Shown one piece after another: positions 59,073-64,000 of a DNA stretch of 64,000 nucleotides; position 1 is the first letter of the stretch; each line of letters starts with the position of its first letter. A program made the translations under genes and the position numbers. This stretch comes from Roseivirga sp. (GTDB lineage Bacteria; Bacteroidota; Bacteroidia; Cytophagales; Cyclobacteriaceae), in the NCBI RefSeq assembly GCF_034669765.1, contig NZ_JAXMOQ010000007.1, positions 75,595-139,594 on the forward strand, given 5' to 3'. A model generated the notes under the pieces. The model was not told the origin of the DNA, did no database searches, and saw nothing but the letters and a program-made list of their open reading frames with translations.

Positions 59073-59256
59073 CCGTTTAAACGCGTTGACACCCCGTTGA
59101 TGGTGCGTTTAAACGCATTGACTCTCCGTTTAAACGCATTGACACCCCGTTGATGGTGCGTTTAAACGCATTGACAGTGCCGTTGATGGTGCGTTTAAAC
59201 GTGTGGAAAGTGCCGTTTATCTTACTATGGCAGGCTTTCATGGCGTTTGCAAACGC
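59073..59256. repeat. Tandem array with five CGTTTAAACG palindromes and a terminal GCGTTTGCAAACGC
   Basis: Copies at 59074, 59106, 59127, 59159, 59192; CGTTGATGGTG x3; (C/G)(A/G)TTGAC linkers. Confidence 0.92.
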
Positions 59257-59352
59257 AATTCTTAATCTTAAAATTGCATGAGACAAGATTGAAGAGAAAT
59301 ATCCTATTACCTCCCTGAGGTATGAGTATTCATAAGAAAGAATTAGGAACAA

Positions 59353-59380
59353 GAAAGGCTATTGTCTCCAGTAGCCTTTC
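59353..59380 (-). terminator. Terminator downstream of hsdM
   Basis: GAAAGGCTAT-N8-GTAGCCTTTC stem. Confidence 0.6.
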
Positions 59381-59412
59381 AAATTTAGATTTACTAAATG
59401 AAATATTAAGGT

Positions 59413-60942
59413 TTAATCTTCTGAGCCATTAATTGTGAGCATAATCTCCCTGAAGCTATTCAGACCAGATTCAATGTTTTCGATGATTTCATTCGCTAAA
59501 ACGTCCGGATCAGGTAAGTTGTCTAAGTCAGTTAGACTTTTGTCTTTGAGCCAAAATATATCTAAACTGGTTTTATCTCTTGATACGATTTCTTCATACG
59601 TGAATTTACGCCATCTACCATCTTCATTTTCAGCATCCCATGTTTCCAATCTCTTATTCCGGTTTTCTGACTTATATAGCTCAATAAAGTCTTCCAAATG
59701 CTGAATGGTCATCGGTGACTTCTTCGGGGTATGATGCACATTGGTTCTGTAATCGTAAAACCAAACTTCCTTGGTCCAGGCTTCTTTACTCGCAGGCTTA
59801 TTGGTAAAGAACAATACATTAGCTTTTACTCCCGGTGCGTAGAATATACCAGTAGGTAGGCGTAGAATTGTATGAAGCTCAGTTGTCTTCAGCAATTGCT
59901 TTCGAACCTCTTCACCAGCACCTCCTTCAAATAGGACGTTATCAGGCAAAACAACTGCAGCTTCTCCATTAATCCTTAGCATAGTTTTAATATGCTGCAA
60001 GAAGTTCAATTGTTTGTTTGAAGTTGTTTCCCAAAAGTCCTGACGGTTGTAGCTCATGTCTTGCTTTTCGGCTTCACCTTCTTCATTGGTGATGGTCATG
60101 CTACTCTTCTTCCCAAAAGGAGGATTGGCCAGCACATAGTCTACTCTAAAACCATCATCAGAAATCAATGCATCGGTAGACTTAATCGGAGTATCGCCAA
60201 TGATATCTCCAATATTATGGAGATACATATTCATTAAACACATTCTACGGGTATTGTCTACAATCTCATTGCCATAGAAGGTTTTATTCTTCAAGAACTC
60301 CTTTTCTTCTCTATCCAGCGAATTGTTTGCAATCACCCAATCATAAGCTGCCAAGAAGAAACCACCTGTACCACAAGCTGGATCTGCAATAGTTTTGAGT
60401 GGCTTTGGTTGAACACAGGCAACAATGGCTTTGATCAATGCTCTTGGTGTAAAGTATTGTCCTGCTCCAGAACTGCCGCTACTATCCATAGCGTTCTTTT
60501 CTAACAGCCCTTCATAGATGGTTCCTTTAATGTCGGCACCCATCATATTCCAATTCTCTTTATCAATCAAGTCGATGACTTTTAAGAGTTTGGAAGGGTC
60601 TTGAATTTTGTTCTGACTCTTGGTGAAAATCTGACCTAACATTCCTTTTTCAGTAGATAAACTACGGAGCAATTGGCTATAAAATGATTCCAGCTCAGCA
60701 CCTCTTTTGCCAGAAAGTGTTTCCCAATCACAGATTTCGCCATCAGGAATTTCATTGCCATCGACATCTTTCAGTTTGGGGAAAACAAGGCCTTTGCTGT
60801 ATGGCGGCTTATTGAGCTCGTCTGCCATTTTAAGGAACAGCAAATAGGTGATTTGCTCCAAGTAATCGCCATAGCCCACCCCATCATCACGCAATACGCC
60901 AGCGAGGTTCCAAATTTTTGAAATTATTGTAGAGTCTGTCAT
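59413..60942 (-). CDS. hsdM: Type I restriction-modification methyltransferase subunit M
   Basis: GAGQYFTPR, DPACGTGGF, NPPF, VLPDNVLF, LRLPTGIFY motifs. Confidence 0.96.
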   Translation of the reverse strand: MTDSTIISKIWNLAGVLRDDGVGYGDYLEQITYLLFLKMADELNKPPYSKGLVFPKLKDVDGNEIPDGEICDWETLSGKRGAELESFYSQLLRSLSTEKGMLGQIFTKSQNKIQDPSKLLKVIDLIDKENWNMMGADIKGTIYEGLLEKNAMDSSGSSGAGQYFTPRALIKAIVACVQPKPLKTIADPACGTGGFFLAAYDWVIANNSLDREEKEFLKNKTFYGNEIVDNTRRMCLMNMYLHNIGDIIGDTPIKSTDALISDDGFRVDYVLANPPFGKKSSMTITNEEGEAEKQDMSYNRQDFWETTSNKQLNFLQHIKTMLRINGEAAVVLPDNVLFEGGAGEEVRKQLLKTTELHTILRLPTGIFYAPGVKANVLFFTNKPASKEAWTKEVWFYDYRTNVHHTPKKSPMTIQHLEDFIELYKSENRNKRLETWDAENEDGRWRKFTYEEIVSRDKTSLDIFWLKDKSLTDLDNLPDPDVLANEIIENIESGLNSFREIMLTINGSED

Positions 60943-62399
60943 TCCTTGAACTTGTTTTTAATTTCCTTTTCCTCTGGTATATAAGCCCAATATTCTAAGT
61001 CTATTTGAATCAACTTTTTGAGCCTTTCAAAGTAGGCCTTTTCAATATCGCTCATTCGAGCAGGGCCAATAATAATTAAACGATTGCAAGTGATATCAGC
61101 ATCGAGCATTGCGTATTCAAAGATCTGACCTATTGCCTGTCTAATGTTTTTGAGAGCAGTATTGCTTGTTTTGATTTCAAATAAATCAAACTCGTCATTT
61201 TGCTTCAGTACAACATCAACAATGGCACCTCCTACACGAGTTTTTTCTACCGATATCTGTCTTTTACCGAATCCTTTTAAAATTAAGTAATCATATAGAT
61301 TATCGGTGATCTCACTATGCCTTCTTATCACCTTAGATTGCTTACCAGAAGTTGTTTTGGTATACTCACTTTGACTTGAAGCTTTACCACTCTGAAAATC
61401 AAATTTGATTTTTTTCGCAAATGATGATTTGAGTAGCACCTCTAATTCCTCAGATAAATGATATGGCATAAATCGGTTAAATTCAGGGCCATCGAGGAAA
61501 TCAACTGAAAACGGTTCATTGAATAACTCCGCTTCATTCCATTTAAATTTAATATTCGGAGAGTATTCACCTTTTCGGAAGACTCTGTAGTCAGCATTTA
61601 CACTTTTTAATTCAGCCTTCATTGTGGCATGATTCGACTCAAGCAATTGTGCGATTTTAGCTAATTCTTCTTCATACCCCTCAATTATTTCAACATTATA
61701 GAGATTGCCAACCAAACATCTTTGCTGATCGTCTCTTATTGTATAAAGTGTTATCTGGTCAATTCGTTCAGCTTTCTGTGAGAGGCCATCTACCCCTCTT
61801 ACATAACCATACTGATATCCATCTAATCTAAACCTTTCATTGAACAACCATTCCTCGTGGCCATAGCCATACTGGTTCTCGTATGCAATATTGGTATTAC
61901 CTTGATTTTCTGGACGCCAAGAGTGTCCACTTGGAGTTTCCCAATTGTTTGAATTCCAAGTTAACCGCATAATTCGCTTGTCCGGAATAGCTTTTGAACC
62001 CAACCATAATTCAGTTGCTTTTTTCTTTATTTTTTCTAAATGAACTTTTACTATTCCTTGTTGTAACTTGTATTTGAATACTTGCTGGTTGCTTAGAACT
62101 AAAATTTCTGCATCGTAATAAGATATCTTATCGAACCTCTTGACATTATAAGCACTGAATTCGCTAACTAATTCTTTATTATCATAAATAGGAATGGCAT
62201 TACTTTTAACCTTTGCGATAGCTTTCACGGAGTGCCCCTCAGCGATTAACACTATGTCATCCTGCTTATAAATCCCGTTCGATTCATAACCTATTACAAA
62301 ACTTTTTCGAATAAGTACATTGTAGAAACTAGGCTCATTCGAATCCCAATTACACCCAAGTTTCCAAAACTGGATATCGGAAAAATAACTCTCTGCCAT
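60939..62399 (-). CDS. Multidomain protein with a C-terminal PD-(D/E)XK nuclease and two uncharacterised N-terminal modules
   Basis: VEK...VDVV...LFEIKTS...IRQAIGQIFEY; middle module RLTWNSNNWETPSG...GYGHEEWLF; stop overlaps the hsdM start. Confidence 0.7.
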   Translation of the reverse strand: MAESYFSDIQFWKLGCNWDSNEPSFYNVLIRKSFVIGYESNGIYKQDDIVLIAEGHSVKAIAKVKSNAIPIYDNKELVSEFSAYNVKRFDKISYYDAEILVLSNQQVFKYKLQQGIVKVHLEKIKKKATELWLGSKAIPDKRIMRLTWNSNNWETPSGHSWRPENQGNTNIAYENQYGYGHEEWLFNERFRLDGYQYGYVRGVDGLSQKAERIDQITLYTIRDDQQRCLVGNLYNVEIIEGYEEELAKIAQLLESNHATMKAELKSVNADYRVFRKGEYSPNIKFKWNEAELFNEPFSVDFLDGPEFNRFMPYHLSEELEVLLKSSFAKKIKFDFQSGKASSQSEYTKTTSGKQSKVIRRHSEITDNLYDYLILKGFGKRQISVEKTRVGGAIVDVVLKQNDEFDLFEIKTSNTALKNIRQAIGQIFEYAMLDADITCNRLIIIGPARMSDIEKAYFERLKKLIQIDLEYWAYIPEEKEIKNKFKE

Positions 62400-62430
62400 C
62401 CTTAATCTAAGTTTTAATTTTTATTCCAAT

Positions 62431-63363
62431 TTAACTCTTCACCTGAAGGGTAAACTGCTTATCCAATCGGATTATTAATTGTCTGCCTTTCGACAGCTTC
62501 ATGAATTCTGAATGGTTAGATAACACTCTGGCCAAATCCCTTGCAACGGCACTTCCACTAATGTTATTAGCTACTTGGCCATTGTTTAATTCTAGGTTAA
62601 ACGTATAGGATTTCCGGTTTCCGACTGCGGCAAAAGGAGCTTTTCCGATATAAATATCGGTTGATCTACCTTCCTTAAGAGCATCTAATATTGTTGGAAT
62701 CACTTGTTTCCAAATGTCTTCGTATTTGTGTACATCCGCTGATATAGCCCTTGGTGCTGTTGCTTTAACAATTTTCTTTTTCGGGCTAGGGTCACTATGA
62801 GGATCGCCATAAGCGATCATTCCTGTTTCTTTCCGTAACGCACTGATGATTGACTTAGATGGATTACCTTGATTCTTTCGATCGATGTTCAACAATGGCA
62901 CTTGCATCTGAATAAGACGCGTTTCTAGTTCATCGAGTGCTGACAAAGAACCATTGTGCTCATGGAAAGACAAAGCTAAGTTCGCTCTCATCCATTGGCT
63001 CAACTTTTTCTCTGATGCTTCATCAAACTTGTAATGGCTTGTTCGCTTTTTCTCTATGTCAGCAAGCCCTCTTGGAATTGGTATAAGGTTGAGGCTCTTC
63101 CTAAGCATAGCGCCAAAGCTTCTTCGTAGGGTAGAGCTGCCTGTTTTGCCATCGGCAAAGTGTGTATCACGATCCCGAGAGGCTTGGCTCGATTCTGTTT
63201 TACCGATGTAGATAATTTGATCCTGTTTGGGCTTGCAGTTTTCCAAAGGAAAATCCGATCCAATGAAAAAGAGGGCATATATCCCCGGTTTATTGGAAAA
63301 TGAGTTAATCTCTTCATAGGGTGTTTTTTGCCCGACTAAGTGAGTGATGATGTCTAGACTCAT
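62431..63363 (-). CDS. GIY-YIG nuclease fused to an unassigned C-terminal domain
   Basis: KPGIYALF...IIYIGKTE, STLRR, ELETRLI...PLLN; C-terminal GNRKSYTFNLE...SAVARDLARVL. Confidence 0.78.
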   Translation of the reverse strand: MSLDIITHLVGQKTPYEEINSFSNKPGIYALFFIGSDFPLENCKPKQDQIIYIGKTESSQASRDRDTHFADGKTGSSTLRRSFGAMLRKSLNLIPIPRGLADIEKKRTSHYKFDEASEKKLSQWMRANLALSFHEHNGSLSALDELETRLIQMQVPLLNIDRKNQGNPSKSIISALRKETGMIAYGDPHSDPSPKKKIVKATAPRAISADVHKYEDIWKQVIPTILDALKEGRSTDIYIGKAPFAAVGNRKSYTFNLELNNGQVANNISGSAVARDLARVLSNHSEFMKLSKGRQLIIRLDKQFTLQVKS

Positions 63364-64000
63364 GATTTCTCCTTTTTGATTTTCGCTAATAAAACCGAAG
63401 CCGGCTCATAATCCTCTGCCTGCTTGCATTTGGCTATTTCTGCTGTGGAAAGCAACGTGCCTTCAAAGGCTTTTTTTAGAATGCTTTGGCGTAGTGCTTT
63501 GGCTTTTTCTAAGCTCTCGGTAATGCTTTCCTCTACCTTATAGCATACAGAAAGGCGAGATTCGATTTCTTTTAATATTTGGTGTTGTTCTTCAATTGGA
63601 GGAATAGGAATCGGAATTTCCTTTAATTCAGCCATACCGACCATATTGGGCATCGCAGAACCTAATGATTTTTGAAAAATTAATCTCTGAAATGATCCTG
63701 ATCTAAATAGTTGAATGAAATAACGCTTTAACATAATAGACTCATCCATATCTATTTTTAGCAGGGCTTGATTAATTACTCCTATATCAGCATCTTCAGG
63801 TAATAGACAAATTCGACCAAGAGTTACTCCGGAGCAGCTTATTATCATGTCTCCTGCCTTTGTTTCAAAAGCTTTTAGTTCTTTGAATTTTTCGTTTGTT
63901 ATGTAATATCTATGGCGATATGGTTCATCATTAATAGCGTGTCCTTGCTCATAAACTACAATGCCTTTTTCGACAAAGAATTCCTTTTTCAAAGCACTGC
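63360..64000 (-). CDS. hsdS: Type I RM specificity subunit S, partial (5' part outside the window)
   Basis: Frame open to the window edge (SALKKEFF..G..VYEQ); GDMIISCSGVTLG, PIPIPPIEEQ..I, LRQSILKKAFEG. Confidence 0.93.
   Translation of the reverse strand, partial: SALKKEFFVEKGIVVYEQGHAINDEPYRHRYYITNEKFKELKAFETKAGDMIISCSGVTLGRICLLPEDADIGVINQALLKIDMDESIMLKRYFIQLFRSGSFQRLIFQKSLGSAMPNMVGMAELKEIPIPIPPIEEQHQILKEIESRLSVCYKVEESITESLEKAKALRQSILKKAFEGTLLSTAEIAKCKQAEDYEPASVLLAKIKKEKS

Larger units (their letters stand above)
50264..64000. mobile_element. Integrative element at tRNA-Arg(CCT), right end outside the window
   Basis: Tyrosine integrase next to the tRNA 3' end, then repressor/xis, replication-like genes and RM cargo; no second copy of the tRNA 3' end seen. 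Confidence 0.85.

Noticed and set aside
59073-59215. CRISPR array
   Set aside because: Repeated blocks are separated by 0-5 variable bases, there are no unique 30-40 nt spacers, and no cas genes are in the window.
59077-59352. 91-aa ORF over the repeat array, and a 32-aa ORF from ATG 59055 after AAAGGAG
   Set aside because: Peptide periodicity (FKRTING, RLNALT) follows from the DNA repeat; unit lengths of 32 bp do not preserve frame, and Bacteroidota rarely use SD motifs.
2862-63317. Numerous 60-140 aa ORFs antisense or out of frame within annotated genes
   Set aside because: They are shadow frames of well-supported genes, with no motifs or independent expression signals.
50264-64000. Intact prophage, or an attR site within the window
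   Set aside because: No structural, terminase or lysis genes, and no second copy of the tRNA 3' end was seen.

Overview
Chromosomal segment of a Bacteroidota bacterium, probably marine Cytophagales (inferred from gene repertoire and TAnnTTTG promoters). Positions 1-16.6 kb are a surface-polysaccharide locus: a partial methyltransferase, GT4, Wzy-like, GT9, GT26, an epimerase, WcaJ, uxs-ugd-galE and three Wzi-like paralogs. Positions 16.6-50 kb are mostly housekeeping: pheS, three PPIases plus MoxR, an Rsb-type partner switch, aspS, tadA, sod, a DUF3857 pair, vapBC, uvrB, aroE, DUF368, comA, a frameshifted cpsB-like phosphatase, rfbC, hflX and an SQR-like module. tRNA-Arg(CCT) at 50192-50263 is followed by an integrated element that runs off the window. 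The element has an integrase, a divergent repressor/xis switch, a DUF3987 helicase-like gene, a repeat-rich candidate origin, a DUF6371 primase-like gene, cargo, a SRAP gene, a helically phased palindrome array and a type I RM locus with two predicted nucleases between hsdS and hsdM. The best candidates for something undescribed are this satellite-like element, its CGTT-N2/N4-AACG palindrome family and the RM-embedded nucleases. Outside the island, notable items are a 43-aa ORF after the SQR-like gene, a shared operator across the SQR module, a G7-tract frameshift, an octamer array inside aroE and 36-bp direct repeats around the DUF3857 pair. All family assignments come from motif recognition by eye; no searches were run.
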